A stretch of DNA of 64,000 nucleotides, from contig NC_085841.1 in the NCBI RefSeq assembly GCF_035594765.1, positions 65,953,574-66,017,573 of the forward strand, in the 5' to 3' direction. Origin of the DNA: Anolis carolinensis (Eukaryota). How positions within the stretch are numbered: position 1 is the first letter of the stretch; each line of letters starts with the position of its first letter. Below, piece by piece: positions 14,475-25,842 of this stretch. The notes below the pieces were generated by a model. It searched no databases, had not been told where the DNA came from, and was given only the letters and a program-made list of their open reading frames with translations. The translations under genes were made by a program, and so were the position numbers.

Positions 14475-15458
14475 GTGAACGAACCCAAAGGGTGCTCACC
14501 AATGTGTCGTCTTCATCTTGGAAAGAAGTGACGAGTGGAGTGCCGCAGGGTTCCGTCCTGGGCCCAGTTCTGTTCAACATCTTTATTAACGACTTAGACG
14601 AAGGGTTAGGAGGCACGATCATCACCTTTGCAGACGACACCAAACTGAGAGGGATAGCTAACACTCCAGAAGACAGGAGCAGAGTTCAAAATGATCTTGA
14701 CAGACTAGAGAGATGGGCCGAAACTAACAAATTGAACAAAACAGAATGGGGGACAGTGCCTGGCTCGACAGCAGTATGTGTGAAAAAGATCTTGGAGTCC
14801 TCGTGGACAACAAGTTAAACATGAGCCTACAATGTGATGTGGCAACGAAAAAACCAATGGGATTTTGGCCTGCATAAATAGGGGTATAGCATCTAGATCC
14901 AGGGAGGTCGTGCTACTCCTCTATTCCGCCTTGATCAGACCATACCTGGAATACTGTGTCCAATTCTGGGCACCGCAGTTGAAGGGAAATGTTGACAAGC
15001 TGGAAAGTGTCCAGAGGAGGGCAACTAAAATGATCAAGGGTCTGGATAACAAGCCATATGAGGAGTGGCTTAAAGAGCTGGGCATGTTTAGCCTGCAGAA
15101 GAGAAGGCTGAGAGGAGACATGATAGCCATGTACAAATATGTGAGGGGAAGTCATAGGGAGGAGAGAGCAAGCTTGTTTGCTGCTGCCCTAGAGACTATG
15201 ACGCGGAATAACAGCTTCAAACTACAGGAAAGGAGATTCCACGTGAACATCAGGAAGAACTTCCTCACTGTGAGAACTGTACAGCAGTGGAACTCTCTGC
15301 CCCAGAGTGTGATGGAGGCTCCTTCTTTGGGGGCTTTTAAGCAGAGGCTGGATGGCCATTTGTCGGGGGTGCTTTGAATGAGATTTTCCTGCTTCTTGCA
15401 GGGGGTTGGACTGGATGTCCCATGAGGTCTCTTCCAACTCTATGATTCTATGATTCTA
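14475..15458 (+). mobile_element. 5'-truncated, frameshifted CR1 LINE
   Basis: [27 protein letters not shown]; (ATTCTATG)n tail. Confidence 0.93.
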
Positions 15459-17243
15459 ATAGAACCTGGCCCTTAAAAATGTTCTTTTTCCTTTCAGAAA
15501 CAGTTCCCAGCTTCTTATTCTATAGCTGATATAGAAAAGATTTATTTCCTAATAATTAGATCTAGTTTGCATTGTACTTTCCTGACACAAGGGGGCATTG
15601 GTGGAATACAGTACTAGTGAAAATAATAGACTGTCATCTCCACCTTTGCAAATGTGTTTATTGGAATGACACATTTCTAAAGACATTGGTATTTTTGAGG
15701 GGTTATTTCCTTTTTTTCCCTGTGTATTATCTGCTTCTCTAAAGTAGTAGATGCCATGAACTGTAGGCTATGTTAAAAATTAAATAGAGGCATAATGTCA
15801 CATAAGTTTTCTATAATTGCACTGAATGTGAAATGAAAGTGGAAGATGTTGGATGTTCTCATCCATTTAACATTAAAATACATCCATACAGTGGAATCTG
15901 CCAATATAATGTATTCTACCTAAGATAGCAACCTTTAAATTTCACGATAAAAATTAGCCATATGACCAAATTTATTGTTTTGATCAGGTTTAAACTGCTT
16001 GTCAAGATGAAGAGAAGAAAGCAATGATTTACTAAGATGAAATGTGGTCATGGATTTCTTTGGCGTAGCAACATTCCCTGTTTGTACTGAAGTACTGAAA
16101 GTACTGAAGAATCCAACAAAGTTGTTGATTTTTAAAAAATTTAACAAATTCTAGGAAGTCCAGTGGTAGATTCTGCATTATCAAATTGCAAACAGATTTC
16201 TGAAGGAGTGAAATGTAGGAAACATATTTTATTGTTATTTATTTATTTATCTTTATCCCACTTTTCTCCCGCAAGTGGGATAATATTTTACTATGGTGAA
16301 ATATTATTTTTCATTGTATGTCACCTTGAATATTTTCCAAATGAAGTGAATTTGTCCAACAATTACATAAATAATAAAGAGGATCACAACATTGGATTTG
16401 AAACATCAATCATCCTAGACAAATATTCACTCTTGTATGTGAGGGTTTAATTGTATAAGGAACATGGGAGTGTATTAACTGCTCTTGCTAACTGCATGGC
16501 AATGTATATTTGCCCCATTCTACAGAGTCCCCACTTCCCATATTGGTTTGGAAGATATACAATCGACTTCTCCATTATTGATGGAGAACATACAACCCAC
16601 CTCTAGTTTCCATTTCTCTTCATCTCAGAATTAAGTTTTTTTACCACCACCACCCCATGACCAATGGAGGTACCCAACATCTCTGTGTGGGGTGTCAATG
16701 GTCATTTTGCTTTTTGTTCCCCCACCACCACCTCCTGATGTGTCATTTTCATGCATCACCCTCTGGAGGGGCCTGTGCTGCCAGCAGGTCCCTCGGGTAC
16801 GTTTTTGAGGGGGAAATGGGGGCTAGAGTGTGTCCAGCCCCCATTTTGCTTGACCCAGGATGGCATCTAGCCACCCCCTGAGGGAAAGCCCAGAGTTTAG
16901 GTTGGGGGTGGGGATAAAATCTTGGGAGGAACTGGGTAAAAATAACTCAGTTCCTCTTGAGATTTCTGGTAGTGTAGAAGGCCCTCAGATTCTTGTTTGA
17001 TTGTTTATCTACCACCACCGCCACCTCCCTGCCAAAAATACCCTACTTTGTAACTGGTGCAGTCTTCTTTAGCATGGGCATTTGTCAGAGAAGGGGGATG
17101 AGTGAGGAATCATTGAGCCATTAACCTGTAGCTAAACATGCTGCAATAACATTATTCCACAGGGTCAATACAAGAACACATCTGTAGATCCCTTGGCAGA
17201 ATGTAGGAGAGATCTACAGATGTTGGAGGGAGTTCTGATGCTT

Positions 17244-17958
17244 TATTTCGTGTCAAATGCACTGCATAATAAATACATTGAAAAGTGATGAAATAAAGGA
17301 AATCACAAGCAGCTAAATAGTTTTAGACCAAAAGCGGGCAACAGCAACCGCATTGTCCGTAGCTTGAAACAGCTCCTCCTCCATACATGAGGAAGGACAT
17401 TGTGGGCAAGCATACATATGCAGAGTTATTTGTTCTGCTCCACAGTCACACAAGGTGGAGGATTCCTCCAGGTAGTGCCACCTTGCCAAGTAGTCTTTTG
17501 ATCTGCCCACTCCGCTTCTGAGTCTGTTTAGGGAATTCCAAGTTGCCCATTCTTGGTTTGCTCCTGGAGGAAGACCCTCATGGGGGGGGGGGGTATCCAG
17601 TTAAAATTGCCTGGTTTAGCTGCCCAGAGGGACACTCTTGCTGTTGCTGGAGGAACATCAAGAGGAGTGGTGGTTCTCATGAAGCCCTTCCTTGATTTGA
17701 GTCTGGTGGGAGGAGGCTGATAGTCATGCAGTGGGTGGTTTTCACAGTGTTCAACCTTATTTCTATTGCAATTGGCAGCAACTTCCCATCACACGTCAGG
17801 AGGGGCAATGCCAGCTAAATTGTAGAGTTTATCAATGGGGGGGGGCATAGAAAGAGCCTCCTCAAAGACTGAGTGAATCCAGTCGGGTGTACCCGGGTAA
17901 CGTTTCTTGTAAACAGCTTATCTTTCCAACCCAAAAGCATTGCTTTTAAACTTTTAAC
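17244..17958 (-). mobile_element. Vingi/Ingi-like LINE insertion: 3' end on the minus strand joined to an inverted 5' end
   Basis: LNRLRSG.GR...CDCGAEQ..HMYACP CCHC C-terminus; 13-bp TSD AGTTCTGATGCTT at 17231-17243 and 17959-17971. Confidence 0.8.
17841..17926 (+). ncRNA. Degenerate HDV-like self-cleaving ribozyme at the LINE 5' end
   Basis: P1 GGGGGC/GUACCC, P2 GAAAGA/UCUUUC, P3 GCC/GGU, L3 UCCUCA, GG for P1.1, P4 GUUU/AAAC, J4/2 GCUUA. Confidence 0.6.
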
Positions 17959-19603
17959 AGTTCTGATGCTTACAAGATGAGATTTAGCTTTGGAGATGTA
18001 ACTACATGTTACACACAGATCTCCTGATGAAGCATCTTGTCTATCATTTAGGCATCCAAAAGAAAAGGGCCAAGCAAAGTTACAATATGAGTATTAGGAG
18101 TATACTATTGTCAGTGTCTCACTCTGCAATATTAGCAATTAGAGAATGAAGGAGATTTTCATTTTGGAAATCAGAAGTATCATCTATAGCCCCATCTACA
18201 CTGCCGTATGGTCAATGTAGACTGACATCATGCAGTTCAATGCAGTTAAATACATTGTATGAGTCTACACTGACCATATAATGCCATTTCAAACAGTATT
18301 ATATGGCAGTGTAGATGGGGCCACAGAAGAGGAAAGCCATTGTTTTGCTTCCCCCACAGCTACACTCTTGAACTCCAGTAGACAAGCTTACCGGGACAAG
18401 ATGAACAGTTTCTTCTTCTAAAGACTTCATTTAGCTGGGCCAATCTGGGGGAAAGAGCAGCCTGCCAAGAATAGCAATGCTTCTTGGGACATCCTCTCTG
18501 TCTCAGCAGACAAGAGCAAGAGATTAATGACAGTTGCATAGAGACACGCACACACACTCCAGAAAACCGCAAACACTTGGAAAAGACCCAAGAGTCTAAC
18601 TGAACAATCAAATAGGAATCCAAGCAGTAGTGAAAACTCTTGAGTGCTGCTTGGCAACTTGGGACTTGTCTGCTTTGTAGCTCAAACAAGCACAAATGTT
18701 GATATGTGGAGCTTGTATTGCTTGTGTTTCCCATAATCTTCACTTTCAACTTCTGCCAAGCACTAAGCAAGCTCCGGATTTACACAGCACTGTTTTGACC
18801 TCTGCCAACACAATATGTGCACCCTCCTTGGTGCATGTCATTGTCTCCCCCTCCCATCATGTATGGAAGTGTTTGCTCATCCACTATTTTCCTATAGACC
18901 AGGGATGGATAATTGTGGCTTTCCAGCTATCCAACACCTTTCAGCCCCAAGCAGGGTAGTTAATGGTGGGTGTTGGGAAATGTGGGAGTTAGTAGTGGAT
19001 CCCTTAAATAGAGTAATCAAATTGTCAAGGTGGAAACAGAATAATGACCAGTCCCACACTACACAGAGTCTAGCAGAGAAAGAGATAGGCTTACTCTTTG
19101 TGAAAAAATAAAAGTAAGTTAATTTGCGAACTACTTCTGCACAATCACATAGTCTTCCGGAAAGCTTAAAGACAAATAAGAAAAAATGGCTACAGGTTAG
19201 AATAATTCAGGAAGAGATTGAGAATGGTAACACAAAACAAACAAACAAAAACAAGAGGTTTGCAAGCATCCACATTAGAAAGTAGAATGGGTCCTTGGTA
19301 TCCATTGGAGTTTGGGTCCTGGATCTGCCATGTATATCAAAATCCCTGGATACTCAAGTCAAGGAAATAGTGGCGTAAAATAGCAATCTGTATATCAAAT
19401 GGCAACCAACTCAAATGGATGCCAGTGAACACTTGAGGATCTGTGAAATCATGGGAGGCTACAACAGGATATGCCTAATATCAGTATTCTGCTTGTCGTG
19501 CAGAAAAATCAAGGTTTGGTTTTTATACAGAGGGGGAAATGATATTTTCAGACTGTTGAATCTGTGTTTGCAGAACCCATAGATATGGCGGGTCAACTGT
19601 ACA

Positions 19604-19844
19604 GCCCCCGGTGGTGCAAGGTAGCTGACCTGAAGGTTTACAGTTTGAATCCAACCCTGGGAGAGCGTGGATGAGCTCTGTCTGTCAGCTCCAGCTCCAT
19701 GTGGGGACATGGGAGAAGCCTCTCCCAAGGATGGTAAAACATCAAAACATCTGGGTGTTCCCTGGGCAATGTCCTTGCAAACAGCCAATTCTCTCACACC
19801 AGAAGCGACTGGCAGTTTCTCAAGTCGCTCCGGACACACACAAA
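19604..19844 (+). mobile_element. tRNA-derived SINE with a Vingi-like body and 3' tail
   Basis: A/B-box-like head (GGTGGTGCAAG...GTTTGAATCC); 3' stem-loop AGCGACT/AGTCGCT; CTGTACAG target duplication. Confidence 0.75.
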
Positions 19845-22637
19845 ACCTGTACAGATATGCAAAAGTTGCTAATAGTGAGGATTTTTGCAAATTGTAACCA
19901 AAAAACACCTGACAAGGCACATGCTGCCCACAGCTGTACCACATCAGACATGCAAATACATCCACATTTCAGTTCAACAGCCATTATCTGCATGTAACTG
20001 AATTTTATTGAGAAACATCCCCAATATAAAATTACTGAAACAAACTAATATGGCTCTCCACTTTAAAGAAAGTTGAACAATTGAAAACAATATATAAATC
20101 ACATTAATTTTGGATAATGCACAATTCCATTTTAAAAATACACATTAAGAGAATTTTTTGAAAAAGAAATCTGTTTGAAATAATGATGCCCCATGGCGAT
20201 GTTTTTATGTTGCATTAAAAGTGGTTTCCCAGTTGCAGACTTGTCTCTTCTTTTCATTTCTGTCCTGAGCAGTTATGAGAGCTATCCCTCAATACTTGTA
20301 ATTTCTTGGTAGCAATTTGGGCTGAGTCAAATATTTGTCCTCCCAGGAGACAGACGTCTCTCTTTCTGGCATAAGTGATCAATCCTCATTACAGGACATG
20401 GAGGGAAAAGAATGCTGTTACAGTGTTTAAAGCGGTCTGCTTCCTGTGCCAATAACTTTCTCTTGTAACTTCTGAGCGTCCAGCACCCCAGTGATGACCT
20501 TGGAAAATTCTTTGAAAGGGCTGTTTTATGGGCAGCCAGGATGATATAACCCTTCCAATGCCTGCACATGGGTGTAATGCAGATGCTTGACTTCCATCTC
20601 AACCCAGTAGCAGGGGGGTAGAATGGCGCTCTCTTTGAAATTGCCATGTCCCACACCAAGAAGTTCAGACAGAGCATCTCAGATTTGCAGTGATGCTAAT
20701 CAGGGTAAAGACTTTGGGGCCCTTCTACACTGCCATATAAAATCCAGATGATCTGCTTTGAACTGGAATATATGGCAGCGTAGACTCATATAATCCAGTT
20801 CAAAGCAGATAATGTGGATTATCTGCTTTGATAATCTGGATCAGGGGTCCTCAAACTACGGCCCGGGGGCCACATGTGACCCATTGAAGCAATTTATCCG
20901 GCCCCACAGTGACGGCTCCCTCCTCCTCCACCAAGGAAGGCACGCCTTTTCCGTCTCCTCCCCCTCCCAGTGCGCTAATTCCAAAGCTCTGATATAACTT
21001 TGCGTCTCATTCCAATTCCAAAACCTCTAAAATGCTCCTCCTCAAGTTAGATCTAGATTTTCTGACATCAGTGGCTGTCTGGGAAAAGACCTTATCCAAG
21101 GGAGTGAAGGTGATAGTGCTAAGGCTGAAAGGGAGAAAGCTGGTGAAGATAGGTGCCGCAAGAAGCAAAATGTATTTTGTTAATTGTTAGTAGAGGTATG
21201 ATAGCTGCTCTGACTGGGTATATTATATATCAAGACTTTTAGAAAGCATTTGGCATCACATTGCTCAAGGTGAAACCTGCATATAGTGGACTCACATGGG
21301 AAGATTTTAACGGGTGTTTCTTTCCAATAATGACATTCCCTGTAATGAGACAACGCATGTTTACCATTTTTTTTCTTTTTAGAATGAGAGTAAAACGCAG
21401 CGGAGCACTCTGATAATATCTCAATGTTGCTATGTTGAAAATGCATCACCAGTCATTTTCTACATCCTCTCTTTTCTGGACGTTGCTTCTAGTGCGAAGT
21501 GAGGACTGTTACTACAAATGAATACCTTGTTCATTTAGTTTGTCTGGATAGATAAAATATAAAAGTGTTAAGTGGAGTACTGCATACTAATGAACTATTT
21601 ATAGGAAAGAACGACAAGTTCCGTTCCTATTTTTGGATAGATAAAAGCCCTATAATTCACTATTGGAATCATATAGCCAAGAGAAGAGTTGTGGAAAGGT
21701 CAAAATAAAGATCCAAATGAAACTCATGGCTTTTGGGCCAGTACATTCATTATGGCTGTTAGAATCATAAGAGTTGGAAAAGATCCCAAGGGCCATCCAG
21801 TCCAACCCTCTGCCATTCAAGGAACATATGGTCAAAGCACACCCATCAGCCTCTGTTTAAAAATCTCCAGAGAAGGAACTCCGTCATGCTCCAAGGCAGC
21901 GTACTCCACTTCTGAACAGCTCTTACCATCAGGCACTTTGGAGAGCTGTACCCACTAGGGGTCATGCTTGTAACTTTAAATACTTCTTTAGACCAAAAGA
22001 GCCTCACCCCATCTTTTCTAAAGACTGCAAGGTGGAGAGCCTTTTGCCATGTTTTTGATCTCCCTGGATGTTCCAGGCCTTAATTTAGACAGAAAGAACA
22101 CCACCCCCTTTTTTCTTTTTTTGTTCTGGGCTCATTTGGTGCAGCCTTTCCTCTCCCGCCCCCCTCTCATTTGAGGTCTAGACAATCCATGCAATGATTC
22201 CATGGACACTGCTTGATGTCATAGGCTTTGGCCAAGATAAATTCCGTCTGCATAGTCTGATTACCAGCACAATACAATGTGGCTGCAGCAGCTGGATCCA
22301 ATCTTGCTTAAAGTATTTGCACTACAAATAATCACCAGTACATAAAACAGCTCTAATTTACTTCAAAGTAAACCACTTCCACCACCCAAGTGAAATTAGT
22401 GCTGAAAATTGTTATTAGTCCATGAAGTGAAAGGGTCTACTTTCATCAGTTGCTCCTTTTTCTAGGTTTTGTTATTGACAGTAATACGTCAAAGTGGGAA
22501 GGTGCTGCTGCTCCATTTTACCAGAGGAGAGAGGAGAGAGGGAGTAGGCTATTCAGACAATGAAAACCTGGCCTCCAGGGGGAAGTAAAAATGGATGGGT
22601 TAAATTTGAAAAGACAACCTGATAGTTTCCTTAAGAT

Positions 22638-22930
22638 AAGGTAAAGGTTTTCCCCTGACGTTAAGTCCAGTCGTGACCGACTCTGGGGGTTGGTGCTCAT
22701 CTCTATTTCTAGGCCAAAGAGCTGGCTTTGTCCAAAGACACCTCCAAGGTCATGTGGCCAGCATGACTGCATGGAGCGCCGTTACCTTCCCACCGGAGCG
22801 GTACCTATTGATCTACTCACATTTGCATGTTTTCCAACTGCTAGGTTGGCAGGAGCTGGGGCTGACAGCGGGCGCTCATTCCGCTCCCAGGATTTGAACC
22901 TGGGACCTTTTGGTCCACAAGTTCAGCAGC
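22638..22930 (-). mobile_element. Sauria SINE
   Basis: Highly similar to the 12.2-kb copy. Confidence 0.85.
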
Positions 22931-23686
22931 TCACTGGAGACATTTGGAGGGCACCAGATTTGGGAAAACAACAGATGAGCAAACATAGTTTATGAAGCAT
23001 CTTTTTAACTTCTTGTTCCATTCTATATTTAAAGCATCTGGCATGGATTCTAACATCCACAGACTTCCCCCCATGTGTGTGTGTGTGTTTTTTTTTTCCT
23101 TTAGGAGTGGTAAGTTTAATTTTAAAAAGCAAGAAGAGAAAAAGGAGGATCAACAACCACACCAAATGGGTAAGACATTTAACGCTCTTTAAAGCTTGAA
23201 TTTTTTGGCAACAGTTCATAGACAGTTCTAAGATAACTGTGGAACAGGAAGAAGATGCAGATAAAAGGATAATCTAGGAAAATTGCCACAGTAATAGCAT
23301 TTCACAGAAAGCAGCAATGTGGAAAGGCCAGGAAATGATTTAACACAACCAAAGAGTTTACAGTCAGACCATTGCTCCAACATGCTTGCCGTTCTATTAT
23401 GAGTGATGACAACTCACCATTCTGTTCTTGGAGTATTGGAAACTTGTGTGGTCCTCCTCCATCATACTAGTTAACAAATGATGAGGGATAAATTGGTGTC
23501 CATCAACATCCAAAGATCACAAGTTGCCCAATCTGTTTTGAAGGTTAATTTTGTGGAGAATCCTATCCCGAGCATGTCACTTGAAAAACAAACGTCCATT
23601 CTCCTTGCATATTTGAATTGATAATCTAGTATTAAAATAAACTACATTCTGGAATTCAAGCAAAATCTGAGTCATTATACTATAAC

Positions 23687-23757
<71 letters not shown>
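23687..23757. repeat. (TAA)n(TTA)n inverted microsatellite
   Basis: Read directly; symmetry centre at 23720/23721. Confidence 0.95.
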
Positions 23758-23758
<1 letters not shown>

Positions 23759-24215
23759 TTATTTCTTGCCTGCCTCTCCTCTTGGCTTGAGGTGGGTCAC
23801 AGCACAGAAAAAACATTCTGTTCCTGGTTTGAAAATGTTATTCCTCTTTAATTGTGCAGTACTTACTTTGAAAGTAGTTGTTATACTCCAGAAACTTCAT
23901 TTTTGTGGCTCTATGAGCCATTCATTGAAATACTATAGAAAAATGTGCTGCAGGTTGTCCCGCAAAAACAAAGTTTTCACAATGTAATAAACCTTTTCCA
24001 TGTTTTTATGATAGAACCAATTAGGAAATGACAGTTATAACCCAGGAACTAAAATTGTGTTTCATAATGTTATTTTTACATCATCTAAACAAAGAAATGA
24101 ATGTATTTACACTTCAGATACATCACAAGAAAACATGCTTTATTGGACAATAATGCTGGAAAAAGATGACTAGAGCAGGGAAAGATAAAAATAAAATTAT
24201 AAGCGGAATAGCTAA

Positions 24216-24339
24216 GGCTGGATCTACACTGCCCTATATCCTAGGATCTGATCCCAGATTATCTGCTTTGAACTGGATTATATGAGTCTCCACTGCCATA
24301 TAATCTGGGATAAGCATATTTGACAGTGTAAAAGGGGCC
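24216..24339. mobile_element. Harbinger-like MITE (related copies at about 18188-18321, 20717-20841, 26450-26527, 29456-29602)
   Basis: GGC...TCTACACTGCC / GTGTA(G/A)AAGGGGCC termini with TAA-like flanks. Confidence 0.6.
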
Positions 24340-24398
24340 TAAATCAATGAAGGCTCTGTGGCTGGATCTACACTGCCATATAAAATCCATATTTTCTG

Positions 24399-25842
24399 TA
24401 TAATAGAATGGGGCAGGGGGGAATCTTTTTAAATCCCACCGCTGCCACCAATATAAAGGAAGAGCGGCAAGGGGGAATCTTTTAATCCCACCACTGCCAC
24501 CAATATAACAAAAGAGCAGGAAAGATATCAAATATAATGGACACCTCTCCACTCTACACTTTCACACGCAAGCATACGTATGTGAGAGGCGAGGGTATAC
24601 CATTTGATTTTAGATTTTCTTTTAAAATGGTAGCTGCCACCAACCTAAAATATCTAGGATTTTTGTTGTTAAATATGTCTGAGATAAGTTTCTCCCATTC
24701 CCTGCCCACACTGCTTCTACCCCTGGCTCCCAAACTGATGTGCACTATGAGGTTTTTCTGTGGTATTTTATTGTTGTATTGCTGGAACTTTTATAAAGGC
24801 TTCTTAATGGAAATATTCACTGTGGAGGCTTTTGAAAGTTGAAAATAGAATAAAAAAATTTCTTAAAATAGGCAAATGATTATTTCAGAGGGGTACATTA
24901 GCGTAAACAGTTACAGACGTTCTTCAGCTTAACTTAGTTGTATGTTTCAGATTACTTCACTTAGTTTCAAACAGTTCCAACCAACCAATCTATCTATTGG
25001 TCACAAAACCCTCGCTCTATTTGGTAAGAATAGTCACGAGTTCCCCTGGGTTGTTAATTAACTCTAACCTAGAGTCCTTCTATTAACCAGCCCAGTAGTG
25101 AGAGTCAATCCCTTGAGTTATCTTCCCCTCAAGAGATCCAAACTGCCTGACCTAGCCTGTCAGTTTCCACAGCTTTTCAGTTCTCTCTCACACACACCCT
25201 CCAAACTGCTCTTTCCTCCCCAAACTCCCAAAACCGAACTCCCTGGAGCTCTTTTTTTTCCTCTGCACTCTAAGACTTGGCTCCTCCCATCTGCTCTGGT
25301 TGGCCAATCCTAAGATTCTCTCTCTAAGCTCCTCCCTCTTTCTAACCACACTCAAAATGGCTGGTGTATAGTTAAAATATACCTAATGGAGTGCAAGATT
25401 AGTCCATAAAGGATGTTCTACAAAGTTTTTTGAGTGTTCTGTAATTGTTTTTGATTGATCCTATTTCTATGCCCAAGAAAACCCTTTGAAGTTCATGGGG
25501 TTGCCGAACTTAAGATGTGACTTCAAAGCGCAGACACACATTTTGTATATTTCTTCAACACGACTAGGAAAAGGCCCATTCTTTTTGGAAAAAAAAACTG
25601 AAGGATGCATGGTCATATGTTGTTTGTGTGTGTGTATGTGTGTATATATCTCAACACAGAGAGATTCAAAGACATTGGACAATTACTCATATATTTATAA
25701 TCTTGTGAAACCTGCCTCAAACACTGGCTTTCCTTATGCCCCGTTATGTTGCTGTTCTTCATACCTTTTATATACAAGTAACTCTGCCTCACTCACTGTT
25801 ACCCAGGTTTCATCCCAGGCCTAATAGGTAAGGTTCACTACA
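24399..25842. mobile_element. Probable solo LTR inserted in a Harbinger-like MITE; it carries a 415-bp templated insert
   Basis: Ends in ...TTCACTACA; decayed TATAAT start; near-TSD TTCTG/CTCTG; the MITE (GGATCTACACTGCC...CTGCTTTGAACTGG...GTAGAAGGGGCC) resumes after it. Confidence 0.5.
25372..25786 (+). repeat. Copy 1 of a near-identical direct duplication of about 415 bp
   Basis: Matches 29848-30261 with about three differences seen by eye. Confidence 0.92.

Noticed and set aside
24405-24510. Two tandem units of about 55 bp (GGGGAATC...CCACCAATATAA)
   Set aside because: Ordinary tandem repeat inside a probable LTR; not CRISPR-like, and the DNA is eukaryotic.
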